Counted from the first letter of the stretch, positions 1 to 14,718 are shown. The stretch is DNA of 64,000 bases from Neoconidiobolus thromboides FSU 785 (GCA_025603075.1 MU626266.1:124001-188000), one strand, 5' to 3'. Program-made: numbers and translations. Notes: generated from the sequence alone by a model not told the origin.

Positions 1-149
1 TAAGGACCCTGGGTCATAAGCTATAATTGTAATAAATAATTTGAAACAATTTGAGATTGAAAATGGTCGAAATATTTTAACATCCCCTTCAATATCTGAT
101 GATTTTGTTTTTTGTAATATTAGTTGATTTAAATTAATATTAAAATTAA

Positions 150-210
<61 letters not shown>

Positions 211-2965
211 TTCCATTGGTAAATTCCATTGTAATTTAAATGGATCATAAATTGGGCTAGATTGAAATAATTGAAACCAAGTAAACAATTGTTCACTTAA
301 TAAATTAACTTTAAATTCATTGATATTTCTATTTTCTAGTATAAAAGGAACTAAAGAACCTAACATTTGAAATAAGAAAGCTTCTCTATGTAAATTAAAT
401 AATAAAACAATTCCATATTCAATACCAAGTTTACTTTGATTACATTTTAATTGATAATAAACTTCAAATAAAGTATTAATAAATAATGAATATCCTGTTT
501 TTATAGAAAATAATCGTTTAAACTGAATAGCTATTTTAATATATAATCTCATACATCTTGATAATATATTAAAATTAGTATAATGACTTAATACAATTCG
601 ATTAATTCCTTCTAATATATTATGTAATCCATCTAATTCTTGATAACTCCAATCTAAATAGAATAAAATTGTTTCTATTAAATTTAACCAAGAATGAGAA
701 TGTAAATAAGATATTGATAAAAATCGTATATCTTTTAATAATTGAGAAGATAAATTTAAAGGTGATATTATTGAATTATTATTATTATTTGAATCTTCTT
801 TATTTTGTTGAAACAACCAATTAACTGGTTCGAATTTCTTAATTAATTTAATAACGTTAATAGCATCATGATTGGAGTTAATAATTAATTTGGTCATATA
901 ATTAGCTTGTGAAATTCTTAATATAATTAAATCAAATAAAGGCTTTGGTATTAAATTCAATATTTTTATATTATTATTATCAACTATATTATTTATAAAT
1001 TGAGTAATTGGATATCTAAAAAAATTATTAGGTTCTTGTAATATTAATTGTCCATCATAAAATAAAGCAAAATCTAATTTAGCTTTTTTTAATTCTCTAA
1101 ATGTAACTTCATAACATGAACTTAAAACTCGACTTAATATAGCTAATAATTTACTAATCAATTCTAAATCTTGACTTAATTTTTCTCGATAATTATATCT
1201 TAAGAATCCTAATAAATAATTATGATATTGAAATGAAAATTGAATTGGTAATTTAGATTTCATTAATATAACATTCGATAAATCAAATAAACAATTATTC
1301 ATTGCTGTTATATTACTATTATTGTTATTGTTATTATTAATTTCTAATTGATTTAAATAATATCTTAATAACCAAAGTGATTGATTACGCATTAAATTAA
1401 TAATTAATTCTGATTCCATTGATGATTGTAAATGAGTATGATTGGTTACTTCATTAACTAAATAATTTACGATTTCTTTATTTAACATAGTAAATAAAGG
1501 TTTTGATACTAAATGATTAGATGAATTCAATTCATTGATATTGTTATTTGAATTATTTAAATATTTATCAAAATGACAAATATCATCTAAAGTTTGAGAA
1601 TACAATGTAACTGGGTAAACACCTGATTTAAATTCCATTATTAAATCATCATCTGAATCATCTTCATCCCAACCTAATTGTCTTATTGTTTTTAATTCTT
1701 CATTATTAGTATTTGGTAATTTAAATTTAGTTAATAATATTGATTCTTCTAGTATTGGTTCTGAAGTCCCTATTATTGTTGATACATATTTCAAATTAGC
1801 TCCTAATCTTCTAAAGGGTCGATCTGGGAATTTTATAAATGAATAATTTTTTATTATATTCCTTTTTAAGTCCATTAATCGAAACAAAAAGGATATTGTA
1901 TATTTATTACTATTATTATTATTATCACTATTGCTATTATTCATAGCTAATATGTTTAATTTAACTTTAATAAATTCCAATGCATTTGATTCATCTTTTT
2001 CAGCAGCAAATAAAAATAATAACATGGCATCTAAGTTAAAATCCCCCAAAATAATTCCTAATTCCCAAATTATATCATAAACACTTCGATATTCTACTTT
2101 AGTAATAAAAACATATACTGTTAGTAATAAGGTGAACACACTTAATTTCTTATCAATACTAAATAATTGTTGATAATTAATAATAAATTTGGTATTATTA
2201 TTGTTATTGTTATTGGAATCGATTATTGATTGAATTAAGTTATTATTATTGTTGTCGTTATCAATAATAGAATTAGATACTATTGATGGAAAATAACTTT
2301 TTCTTTTTTGGTTATTAATTGTAAATTCGTTAAAATAATTAAAATATTCAATTTCAATTTCTTTTAATTCCACAATAATCATATTAAAATCAAATACTAA
2401 ATAAGATTCTATATAATCTTTCATAATCCAATTCAAATAAGGAGATAACCAGCCTGGTCTTTTATTACATGGAACAAATTTTTGAATTTGTAATAAACAA
2501 CAACAAATTAAATGTTGAATTATTGGATGATATTTTAAATCTTTCAATTTTTGTTTAGCTGTTAAAAATATTGAGATTTGATTTTCAATAGCTAAAAAAT
2601 AATTTTTATATTTATTAAATTCATCTTCATTTAAATTGTTTTTATTCTGATACAACTCTTCCATCACATTAATAAATTTACTTAAAAATAATATTTGGCC
2701 TATTGAATAATTTTTTTCTCCGCCTAAATCTGTAAATAATATTACTGAGAATAAATCTATATCAACAAAGATTAATTCAGTTGAAGTAATACATCGACTT
2801 AATACTTCTATTAAGATACATAAATTGCTACTAATAATACTATCCTGTGTTGGTATCATTTTGATTAATGGTGTGTAAAATGCATAAGGATATAAATTTT
2901 TTAATTTTAATAAGATTGTTTTTAAATCTTCTGTTATTGTTATATTAGGATCCGATTGGAATTTC

Positions 2966-3010
<45 letters not shown>

Positions 3011-5115
3011 ATTTTAATTTACCTCAAATAAAATAGGAATTGTTTCAGTAGCTAATATTTCAGCTAAATAATTATTACTAGTATCAATGGTAACACGATA
3101 AATAAATAAGCATTTATGAGATAAATCACAACCTCTAAACTAATCAAAATATTTAATTAATTTAATTCTATTCTTATTTAAAAAATAGAAGCTTACAAAT
3201 TCTTTTAATCCTATAAAAAATATATGCTCTAATTTCAACTCAAATAAAGTATTCATTAAATTTCTTGATAATTTAACAATTGTACAAAATTTATCAAATT
3301 TATCTTGATAATTTGTATCGGATTGATCAGGTGTTATTAAAGATAAACCAATCATTGAACAGATAGATAATAGTTGAATATTTAATGAATTCAATTTTAA
3401 TATTAATTCTTTGTTAGATGTTATATATTTATAAATTAATCGTTGTAATTGACATATAAAATAAAGATTGGTATCATCATTAGAATTCAATAAATAACAT
3501 AAAACAGAATAAGCTATTTATACAAAAATAAAATTATTATCGTTATTATCATTATTATGTATTATTAATATATATAGACTTACCTGAAAATAAAAACGTT
3601 TCATAATATGTTTTTATTTGTACTATTTCATTATATTTAGGCCATGGTTTCTAAATAAGGTACCTTTATTAAGTTTTATCTTTAATTTACTAAAAGAATT
3701 ATTTACCTCCAACAATAATTTCATAGCAAATTCTCTTACTTCACTTACTGGTGAAGCCAATGATCTCACTAAAGATCCATATAATGTCAATTCAATTGGA
3801 CAATTTTGTTTTGTCATTTCCATCATTAAAACATCCCCTTTTTTAGAAATCATTATAACTAAATCCATCATTAATTTTTCAATTAAATTGTCATAATCTT
3901 GATTCAACTTAGCTGGTCCACTTAACCCTAAGGAATGAATTAAACTATCTAATATAATTTCATATTCATAATAAGTAAGTTTAAGTTGATCATTTAAAAA
4001 TGTTTGTTGAATCAAATATTTTAAATTATTTAAAGAGAGTTCCTAAAAAAATAGTCAAATTTAATAACTAAATAATTGGGTTACTATTATTATTCTACCA
4101 AAACTTACTTTAATCTTATTAGATGGTGAATTTAAGATACATAAATAAAGTCCTAATAATTGATAGATTTGCTATTGAAAATAATTAAATTAATTACTTT
4201 TTTGAAAATTTTAAATTAAAAAAACAAACTTACCGCTGGTACTGTAGTTGGATATTCCAATTGTAGATATTGCAATGCAGTCAAAGCCTTATGACCCACT
4301 TGTTCTAAAAAAAGTGGAATATTAAAACCCATCTTAAATATTAACTAGAAATAAAACTTACCATCAAACCCTCTTAATCGAAATGGGATAAATAAAAATG
4401 ATAATAATTGTCTCCTTAATGAAAATGGTAAGCTTTTCCTTTCTGAACGTTCAAACTTACCCAGCAATTGCTGAGCTTGATTGAGAGCTTTCATATATCC
4501 TAGATATGCTTCTTCTTGAATTGGGGAACTAAAGAAACCGCCAGAACTGAAAGTACCATGTAATGAGTTCTGTATCAAACTACCAAACCTTGTAGCCGTT
4601 GGGCTACTTGAGCCTGCCATTGGCTGAATATTAGGTAAATTTTTTAAAGTACCAGTTATAGTTGGAAAAGCAATGGAACTTCGATGACCTTCCTTTTCAT
4701 TTAATACTAAAATATGAATCGTTTTCCTTAATTCTTGAATTATTCGTTTGGATTCTGTTTTTGGTTGACGTGGAGACTTGAAGGCTTCAATACGTCGATG
4801 GAAATAGGAGACTGTGTGGATAGATAGATTACTAAAATTACTTTTAATGGCTCCTTTGAACTTCGCGTTTCGACTATCTTTAAAACCAATGGGCTTGGTC
4901 TTATGTTTTTCTCCTTTTGTTACAGTTGGATTTTTAGTACTTCTTGAGTCTTCAATAACAATATTGGTATCCGTTTCTGTACCTAACCAATTGGAATTGG
5001 GTTTTGAATTTGAAGTCTCAAATTGATGTTGATAGGAGCTATTTTGTGTATGAATATCATAAGGTGAACTTTCTTCTATTGAACCTTCTTTGCTATGTTC
5101 TACTATAGGTTCCAT
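1..5115 (-). CDS. UNC80: UNC80-like protein (NALCN/Cch1 channel-complex subunit homolog), multi-exon, 3' end beyond the window
   Basis: Approximate minus-strand exons 5115-4362, 4304-4234, 4171-4109, 4042-~3660, ~3500-3197, ~3139-3023, 2964-<1. The last exon is open to the edge and is absent from the ORF track. It encodes YPYAFYTPL, KRPGWL, FKRLFSIKTGYSLF, LHREAFLFQMLGSLVP and LFITIIAYDPGSL, which match my recollection of UNC80 C-terminal motifs. Many poly-Asn inserts. Confidence 0.8.
151..210. repeat. (ATT)20 microsatellite encoding poly-Asn in the UNC80-like gene
   Basis: Perfect ATT run read as AAT codons, in frame on the minus strand. Confidence 0.95.
2967..3008. repeat. (ATT)n microsatellite filling most of a UNC80-like intron
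   Basis: About 14 units inside intron 3022-2965 (GT...AG on the minus strand). Confidence 0.85.
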
Positions 5116-5374
5116 GATTTTATAATTTTTTCAATTAAAAAAACAATGGATTAAATTTAATTCAATTCAACTTTTATATTAATTTTTTGTTCTAAAACTT
5201 AATAAAGGAACAGAACATTAGAGAGTCATTTAACTGATGGAATAGGAACTTAATGAAATTTTTGCAATCACTTTTTTGCAGTTGAAATTATTGCAAGTAC
5301 TAGATATTGAAATTTGGATTTTTTTTGGAATTATACAATTGTTTTTTTCGTCTAAAAATAAAATCCATCTTAAA
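5116..5374. promoter_or_regulatory. Short divergent promoter region shared by UNC80-like and NDUFA2
   Basis: 259 bp between head-to-head ATGs at 5115 (-) and 5375 (+). Confidence 0.55.
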
Positions 5375-5807
5375 ATGGCTACCAAACTTACTACCTTAGC
5401 AAACTCCGTTAAAGAATTAAGAATTCATTTCTGTCAACAATCGCCAGCTTCTAAAGGGTTAAGGTAAGTCCTTTGTTTCATGATTTCCTAATTAAATCAA
5501 ACCATGAGATTATATGTTAAGAAACTTTATTAATCAAATTTCAATTTCAACAGAGAATATGTACAAAATTCCTATGTTTCATTAAAGAAATCTCATCCAC
5601 AATTACCTATCCTTATTCGTGAAGCTCGTGGTGTAGAAGCTCGTGTATTTGGTCGCTTTGGTGAGTTTATTTACTTAAATAATATTATGGGGATATAATT
5701 TTAATTTTGATAACTTTTTAGATAAAGGACAAGAAAAGAAAATTAATCTAGAAAATTTAAATGTGAGCCAAGTTGATAGCAAAATCAAAGAATTACTTTC
5801 TCAGTAA
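5375..5807 (+). CDS. NDUFA2: NADH:ubiquinone oxidoreductase subunit NDUFA2/B8
   Basis: Exons 5375-5463, 5554-5660, 5722-5807; VKELRIHFCQQSPASKGLREYV...HPQLPILIREARGVEARVFGRFDKGQEKKINL. Confidence 0.95.
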
Positions 5808-6539
5808 AATTAAAAATAGGACCATTTTTTTAACAAATAAGTAATTTATATGAACATTGATAGTTTTTTTTAAAGATGATTTTAAATTTTTGGTGACCAT
5901 AATAATTTTTAATGATTATCGGTAAGTTTAATGTTTGTTATGTATAGTTCAGATAAAGGCTGTCTCTAGTTCATTTTATATGATTTAAATGTATTAAGAC
6001 TAGATATAGTTGATATTTAAAAAGTTCACTTTTGTTAACTTTATATTGTTATCTTAACTAGTAGCAAAACTTTTGTATTTAATGAAATAAAATTATTTAA
6101 GTTATAGCAAAAACTGACAAATAGAGCTTTTTAGTCAAAATGATTAACGTTTAATCTTATTAAAATATATTTAATAAATACTGAGTTCATTGAAAAGCGG
6201 ACTATCTAGTAATAAAAAGTAATATAGTTCAACTTCAATATGCTTATTATAGTAAATAACATTAGCTTATTGAAGAATATTAGATTTAAAATCTTTGCAT
6301 TTTGATTCTTTTCAAAATTGTTTCCATAATCTTTATCATTCAGTAATAAATATTTACAACTGTTTTTATAAATTATAACTTAACAAACTATATGTATTTA
6401 AATCTTTGAAGCATAATAAAAACTTAACCCTTATACCTATTGTATCAAAAGACAATAAATGTCTATTCATTGTATTGATTATAACGCTTTCGTAAATTGA
6501 GAAATTTTAAGATAATCTTATCGGATTTAAAAATAAAAA

Positions 6540-7250
6540 ATTGATATTTTTTGAATTCAATAAAAATGGTATCACACCTAGAATGGATGGAGTAGCTAAA
6601 TTCTAAATAAATGAGACTTATTACTGATAAATTCTTAGCAAGATAGTCTCATTTGTTTTGACATATGTATAAATTTAACTAAACTATTACTTGATTTAGT
6701 AAAGCTCATAGATTTTGGATAGTTTTATACTAGATAGAGTAGGAGGACTTTCATGTTTTATTAAACAAAGTAGAAATTTGGTTCACTTAGAAGTGTGTAC
6801 TAAAGTTTACAAATTATATTAAGTGCTTAAAGCTGATAGAGACATTTCAAATATTCAATTGAACTACAAATATTTTAAAAACTATTAAGTATTTAGATCC
6901 AAGTAAGACAAAGTCATTAAAATTATATTCAACTTGTTTTTTATAATTTAATGGGATAGATATTATCAAGCCCAAGTCTAATAAGTTGAAAGTATTATAT
7001 TTAACTACAAATACTGCTTTTTACTCATTAGGTAACATAAATTCTAAACTTGTTTTAATTTAAAGTTGTTAAAGAAAAAGCTGTTGATACATTGAGTTCT
7101 AATTTTGGGAATCTAATAAAGCTCAATAATATATAATTGATAGGTCTCTCAGATGAACTTTTGAGAAGGAAGAAATATAATATAAAACTAATTGAAAATC
7201 TTATATTATCGTTTTAAGTTGCTATTGATTTGTAAATTTACTTGATCATG
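6540..7250 (+). pseudogene. Heavily decayed LRR/RNI-like gene relic
   Basis: Short Leu-rich LxxLxL-like pieces broken by many stops; family call by eye only. Confidence 0.25.
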
Positions 7251-7536
7251 ATTTTATTAAGCTACTACTTTAAGAGAGGTTTATATCAATGAAACGTTAG
7301 TAAATACACTCAAATTAGTACATAAAATAGCAACTGTGTGAGCTACATGTTTTGGTTAATTAGAATAAAAGAGAATGAAATTGATAACAAGCAACTACAT
7401 AAACATCCATGTAACTATGTAAAAAAAAACAGATATCGAGAACTTTTATAGTAGCTTAATTAATTTTCTTTCTTTTTTAACATTGTTCCCTAATGTTGAG
7501 TGATTAAAATTAAGGATTTTAGTCTACTAAATTATG

Positions 7537-7641
7537 ATACGGGAGTGTTTTTTTTACTTCATTATTTTTTCCATTTTTTAAGCGCTATTTAAGCGAATTT
7601 TTTTTAGTAAAATTCTTAAACACAAAAATACACCCCCATAT
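7537..7641 (-). mobile_element. MITE-A copy 1
   Basis: Matches ~100-bp consensus in reverse orientation; flanks ATAC/ATAT. For MITE-A, + means GGGGATGTATTTTTG comes first, and coordinates include the 4-bp flanks. Confidence 0.9.
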
Positions 7642-8639
7642 GGATATTAAAATTCAATTATACTCTAACAAACTAATATTACTTATCTCCTCTTATCTTC
7701 ATAAAATAGGAATAGAAGATGTGATTTATATTCTATTAGAAACTATACCAATGCTATCTTGGATAGAATCATAATAAATTTACTGTTAAATTCAATAATA
7801 AAATGTTTTTTGTTTTTAACATTTGATAAATTTTAGTAATGCAATAAGATAATCTTTTCTAGTTATTTATTTATAAAAATATAATAATAAATGATAACAA
7901 AAAAAGCACACGTAGCAAACATAAAGATACAATATTTTTTAGTATAAGAATATCAAGCTACTAACAAAATAATATGAAAATAATAAATTATTAAAAAAGC
8001 TATCACAGACTCATTTATTATTTTGCCAAAATAGGACTCAATTGTATTTGTATAAACTACCAATAAATTGCCCATTTTAACATTATTTTTAATCAATGCA
8101 TAACCAATATTATTTGAAATAATACCACTAATATCCTGGTGTCTACATAAAAACTTGGTAGTTTTATATACTCCATTATCACCAAAACAACCAACTATAA
8201 TCCTAACATCCCTAAAGTTAGACTTAATAAATTAAGTATAAACATAACATATTCACTATTTTAAGCAGCATTAGAATGTTTTATTATTTTATCATCAGCA
8301 CAACTATAAAAATTTTCTTTATCTATAACTCGCATATTATCACGATCATAATTTTTATGTAATAACTGGGATCCATAATTATCTTGAGTATCACTCTGTA
8401 TTCACAGGATGTACCCATTAGTTGTTAGTTTTCTTCAGTTGTAGATTTTTCGTTCCAATAAATTTCTAAACAATCTATCGTTTAGTTGATCACTAATGTT
8501 TACTTTGATATTTAGTCAAATAATATCGTAAAGAACTATACTATATTATATTGTAATTTAAGTGTACTATGTTTAATTTTGGAAAAATAACTATATTGCT
8601 TTAATCAATAAATTTCTTTTATAGTATTTCAGAAATCAA

Positions 8640-9450
8640 GATAGGGATTTTGGAAATGAAATGAATATATCAGATTATTTTCTTTTGGCTTCAACTCCTT
8701 TTTAATATACCATTACAGCTTGAACAATTATCTGATATTCTTTTTGAAGAGACTTTTTAAAATGACAAGCCTTATTGAACTGTTGGAGTAGTGCTTTTTG
8801 AGCAAATATATGTTTGGAATTACAAGTAGAGTAGTCAAATACAATTCAGCTTACTTAGTTTACAGCCAAGAGGAGTTTAAAGGATATCAACACTATCAAA
8901 AGACTCTTATTAAAAAGAATGCAACATTAGTAAGGTATATAAACGTCTATAATGATAGTTTCCTATTTTTAAATCATTTTCCGAATTTAGAATTCATATA
9001 TTATAAGACATAGTTATTTCAATAGTAATGATGATATTGAGTTGTAAATCAAGCTACCAAAGTTAGAAAGGTTGGTTGTCAACTCAAACGAACATTCGCC
9101 ATCGCTAAGTAGATTCAAAGACTGCTTGAGTTAATTTGAAGTATTGGAGTGCAAAAAATATAATATAATTATTAAAGATATTATTAGTTATTTAAATCCA
9201 ATTAACCTAAAACCCTCAAAATTGTACTCTGGGAGCAATTTAGATTGTGATAATTTAGATATCCTTAACAAAATTCATTAAATTAAAAATATTGCAACTG
9301 ATATCAGATAATTTATTCATCACTTCCACTCAAATCAATTCTAATATAAGCTTTGCTTCTTTTATAAAGATAGAAATTAGAGGGTTCGATTCTAGTTTTG
9401 ATATAAGCTATTTGGTGATCTGAAAAAGATTAAAGTATAAAGCTATTAAA
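8640..9450 (+). pseudogene. F-box/LRR (RNI-like) pseudogene relic
   Basis: Includes ORF 8798-9013 (FLNHFPNLEF) and downstream pieces QKLERLVV and FEVLECK, with stops and frameshifts. Confidence 0.4.
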
Positions 9451-9594
9451 TGATAGATATGATTGTTTTAGCATTAATAATAAAGGAGATGATATGGATC
9501 TAATGAAAGGTGGCAATATTATTAAGCTATGTTATTTTTGTTCATATTTTTAACTTAACTACGAATTTTTAAAATTGTCTAATTTAAAAGAATT

Positions 9595-9700
9595 ATATCA
9601 GGATGTTTTTTTTGGCTTCATTACTTTTTCCACCCTGCAAGTGCTATTTGAGTGGAAAAATTGCTAGTAAATTCTTAGACACAAAAATACATCCCCATAT
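9595..9700 (-). mobile_element. MITE-A copy 2
   Basis: Consensus match; ATAT/ATAT flanks. Confidence 0.9.
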
Positions 9701-10436
9701 ATTGTTGAGCTATTTAGAGAGCTATTAGAATCTACTTATTCACTCCCAAACATTCAAACTATTAACATCTATCACTAAATTGCTTCAAAAGTGAGATATT
9801 CGATAAGCCTAAACTAAGAGATAATATTTTACATGCATATATATATTGAAAATAAATTTATAAAACAAATTAAGATTGACAATTATACTAATAACCATAA
9901 TATATTTGGTAGATTCTTATCCATACTTCTAAATCTTGAAGTGCTTTAAATTGAAGGGATCAAGTATGTGGATCCAAGCGAAGGTGAGATTATTGATCTT
10001 ATACCTTCTATTCCTTTGTTAGTTATCACCACAATAGAATACAAGGATTCGAGTTTTTATGATAAACTGGAGGAGGGCTAACTGGTATATTGATATGGCC
10101 ATAATAGATCAGAGCTATATTAAAATACAATGATAAAATATTTGCTATTATTGCTTTAGCTATATTTTCCAATTATACTACTTAATTTCTATTTTTTGAT
10201 ACTATTTTTGAGTTCACATAATAGCCACTAATTCTATTTTAGGGTATAAAATAAACAAATTATTTTTTATTAACCTTTAGTTAAATTTTGACTGTTTTAA
10301 TTGGTATTGTTTAAAAGAAAACTATGTTTTTAAGATATTCTCATTTTGGAATCAAAAAGGATTTTATCATTAAAAAGTATTGTTCATCTTTTTCATTTTA
10401 TCCCTTTTTTACTTTAACTTTAAAAATTTAACTTAA

Positions 10437-12075
10437 ATGAATCGAATAAAATTGATGACAAATAACATCCAAAGATTTTACACGACAAGCCAAGGGGGAT
10501 TTGGACATATAGGGGTATTAAAAGAAGAAATGATACAAAAATTAGCAATAAAAAATGAGGAAGATAAAGTATATTTAGACTTGACATTTGGATTTGGTGG
10601 ATATACTAAGATGATATTAGGTAATTATAAGCAAACAGTGATAATAAAAAAATAAGAATTCAATAGCTGAAAAGATAGATATGATAAAGTGAAAGTTATC
10701 GCTTTAGACCAGGATCCAAATGCTTTTCTTAGAGCTCATCAGCTTTCTCTAAATCCAAGTTATAAGTAATATAATTTTTCATATAAGAGTATTGATTAAC
10801 ATCTTTATTTTGATGCAGAGGTCGACTAATCCCAATACTAGGGAAATTTGGTCAACTTGAAGAGCATTTGAATTTTTATAACCAACTTTACAATGAAGAT
10901 AAAACAGTACCAAGGTAAAATTATCACTTAACTTCAAATTCATTTGCTAAGTTTAAATTCAGTTTTGAAAAAGTCGATGGTATAGTTATGGACATTGGAG
11001 TATCAAGTGAACAAGTAATATATTTCAATCTTGTTTCATTTTATAATGTTTAATAAGTTTAGATAGATGATCCTGCAAAAGGATTTTCTTATAGTAAAGA
11101 AGGAGTCTTGGATATGAGGATGTGCCAATTGGATGTACGAGTAGAAGAAAAAATTCGGCAATTAGGATCAAAACAAGAGCTAATGCTGGAGTTAAACAAA
11201 AAGTTATATCTGGACAAAATCTTAACAGCGCATCAAATAGTAAATAATTTTAGCTACGATCAATTGTGTGATATTATATTTAAGGTAAGGATAATGCAAT
11301 TTATCTAGTGGTTATTAATAGCATATTAGTATGGAGAAGAAAAGTTCTCAAAGAGAATAGCACAGGGCATAGTTGAAGAAAGAAATAAAAAAGTGATTAA
11401 TAGTACTGCTGAGCTAGCAAACATTATCTTGAAAGTTTGTCCAAAACACCTCAGACCTAGTAAATGGAATAGCTACGGAAGTAGTTCACCACATCCAGCA
11501 GCAAGAACATTCCAAGGGTAATTGGTTACTATTGTTGAACTCTAATTTGTTGATTTATTATTTATATAGTCTAAGGATTTATATTAATGACGAGGTAATA
11601 TTGAGTTTAATAAAAATAACAGCTTTAAATTAACAAATTTTAGTTAAATGAGCTTAACAAAGCGTTAGATAGTAGTGTTAATTTATTAAAACCAGGATCA
11701 AGGTTAGTAGTAGTAAGTTTTCATTCTCTAGAAGACCGATTAGTAAAAAAGTTTATCTACCAACATATTAACCCAAATAAACATAAAGAAACCATTAATT
11801 TTGATAAAAAACAGAGCGATACTTACATCAAAGAATTAAAAAAGAAAAGAAAAGTTACTCATCAGCATAAATTAAACTCTCTATTGAGCGATCAACAAGA
11901 ATATGAGCAGCATAGTGATTTTGATAATTTTGAAGAGGAGGATGCTAATAAGCCTAAATTTAAATTAGACGTATCAAAGTCAAATGCTCTTATTTTGCCT
12001 TCTAGTAAAGAAATTGAAATGAACTTTAGAGCTAGATCCGCAAAATTAAGATATGCTATTAGAACTGAATATTGA
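10437..12075 (+). CDS. METTL15: Mitochondrial rRNA m4C methyltransferase, RsmH/MraW family
   Basis: Multi-exon; [81 protein letters not shown]. Confidence 0.93.
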
Positions 12076-12420
12076 TCTTTTTTGGTAATACAATAAATAA
12101 GTAAATATCCTTATAAAAATAGAAAAATATAGTTGGATTTTATAAATAAAAACTATATAGTATGATACTACATAACTAAGTTTATATGCTGTTTAGGAAT
12201 TTTTAGTTTCATTACAACTTAATTAGTAGTAAAATCATTAAAACTATGAGTAATAAATGTTTAGTTTCTAATTTTTTATTTTAAATCTAAACAGCTCTAT
12301 ATTATTATAAAATTTTCACCCATATTTAAACATTCTTTCGTTTTAATTATTTTTCATTCTTTTAACCAAAATTGAACACCTACTAGTTTCTGCTAAAAAA
12401 CAACCTAAAAATGTTTTAAA

Positions 12421-12426
12421 ACGCGT
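12421..12426. promoter_or_regulatory. Candidate MCB box (ACGCGT) upstream of CENP-C
   Basis: ACGCGT about 130 bp before ATG 12557. Confidence 0.35.
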
Positions 12427-12556
12427 TTCATTTGTCATAATTTTGGCAGAGAATGCTTTAATTGGCAAATTAATCTTTAATTCTCTATAATAATTACACA
12501 AAGTTTTGCTCATACCATATTAAAAAAACTCACTTCCTTTTTTTAAATAACCCAAG

Positions 12557-14718
12557 ATGAGTAAAAAGGCTAATTTTGATAATATCGGTATACAGGGAAG
12601 GTAATTAAGGGTAATATATAATCATGGTTATATTAAATTTTAATTAGACGAACCGGAGTTACTTTAAAGGAAATCAAAGTAGATGAAGATGGGATGCCTG
12701 ATTTTGATGATATGTTTGATGTGAGCCAAAAACCTATAATTAGCCAAGCCTTTGATGAAATTGAGTTTGATCAACTTCATGAATTTCCAATTGAAACCCA
12801 ATATGGGGATGATCTCAGTAATAAAATTGCTTTACTAAAAGACAATAAGCCAACAACATCAAATGAAAGCAATAACGAAGAAACATATAAAAAAGGCACT
12901 CATGGCTTGGATTCATTTGAAATTAAAGAGATAACAGACAATAACGTATTAAGTCAGAAAACTTTACTATCAAAGCAAGTCCCATTAAATAATAATAACA
13001 ATGAAATAGATGAGGAATCAAGTAAAAAAGAAAAAAGAACAATTCAAACCCCAACTCCAACTAGCACTACCTCACGAAGGAATACACCTCGAAAAGTCAA
13101 GACTGTGAACTACAATGAATTATATTTGAGCGATCCGCATAAACATTCAAAAATATATACCCCGAGTACAAAAGATAATAATGTGATTACGAGCCCATCC
13201 AAAAATCTACGCAGAAATGATAATGATAGAATTTTAATAAAATCAGAAAATAGGAATTTGGTAAAAAATAAGGCATCAGAAGACAATTCGAACATTGACC
13301 TTGAGGAATCCTTTGATCAATTATCGCTTAAAAATAGCAATATAATATCGCGAAACAAAACATTAGTACCAATCTTGAAAAGTGCACAATCTATAAATTC
13401 ACCAAGAAAAATAAATAATAATGGAAATAAAAAGACTATGCATGTATCTTTTAATGAAATTGAAAAAGAAATATGTAATAAATTTTATTTTTTTAAATTC
13501 AATTAATTTATTCTAATTAGCAGCGACGACCAGTATGAATTCCACTAAGAAGGGTAATTTCTAATTCTTATTATAACTAAATACATGCTAATTACTAGTA
13601 AAGATAACAATACAAGTAAGGAGCAAGATTTTGGAAATGATATACTTGATTCAATAAAAGATACTGAGGATCCAAAAAGCCCTGAGAACAAAGCCCCTAC
13701 AAAGAAAAGAGGGAAGAAGAAAATTCTTTTGAGGAAAACCAAAAATAAGACGCTAGCGGAGTTATATGACAACGACTTTGCCCTTAGAGAAGAAAAAAAG
13801 AAGTTGCCAACTCCTAAGATAGTGATTAAACCAAAAGAAGGATTTAGAACAAAGAGAGAGGCTAGAGCTAAGGCTCCAGAAAAGAAAAGAAAAAAAGACT
13901 TACCTAAAGTTAGTTTATTTTTTTCTCCAGCTAACGAAGATTATCTTCCTAGTGATTATTTTAATACTCCAAGTAAAAATGCTGGGAAGAAGAAGGGCTA
14001 TACACGTTTAAATGAAACTAAAGAAGTTGAAAACAAAAAACCAAGCACCAACAAAACAAAGAACGATAGTTCAAAGAATGATTTGACTAAACAAACTTCA
14101 GTTGAAGTGTCGACATCTTTGAATCAAAGAAGCAAAAATAAAAGCCCAAAGAAGAGGTCATTAGAAGAGCAGGAAAATCGAGAAGATGATGAAGCGACAC
14201 TGTCAGTAAGAAGAAGCAAAAGACATAGGATACAGCCACTTAAATTTTGGGAAAACGAACAACCAAGTAGCTGTAAAGATCGAGGAATTAATGAAATAGT
14301 TGAAGAAGATATATTTGATATAGGAGATAGCGACCTACCAAACAGTCAGAATGAGCCGATCAAAGGAGAGGTAATAAATTCAAATGGTATAAGGAAGGAA
14401 ATAGCTTCAATATATCCAAAGATTGAACCAATCATTAAAAAGAATTATAAACTTTACGTCAGTGCGCAACAACACCCCAATTTCCAAACTGGGCTATTAT
14501 GTATCAATCGCCAAAAGACAGAGCCATTGTCAGTTAAGTCCAAATATAGGATCGTTTATTTTGTTGCCCAAGGAAAAGTAGAGGTCACTGTTAATCATAA
14601 ATCTCATACTGTTAACATACATCAATCTTTTTCAATTGCACCTAATACTGCTTACTCTATTGCTAATTTAAATTTATCAGAATCAAAATTAACGTATTAT
14701 TTGGCAGTAGAAGGTTGA
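12557..14718 (+). CDS. MIF2: Inner kinetochore protein CENP-C (Mif2/Cnp3)
   Basis: N-terminal NIGIQGR|RTGVTLKEIKVDEDGMPDFDDMF (intron 12601-12647); CENP-C motif RRSKRHRIQPLKFWENE; C-terminal cupin (YFVAQGKVEVTVN...FSIAPNTAYSIAN). Confidence 0.88.
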
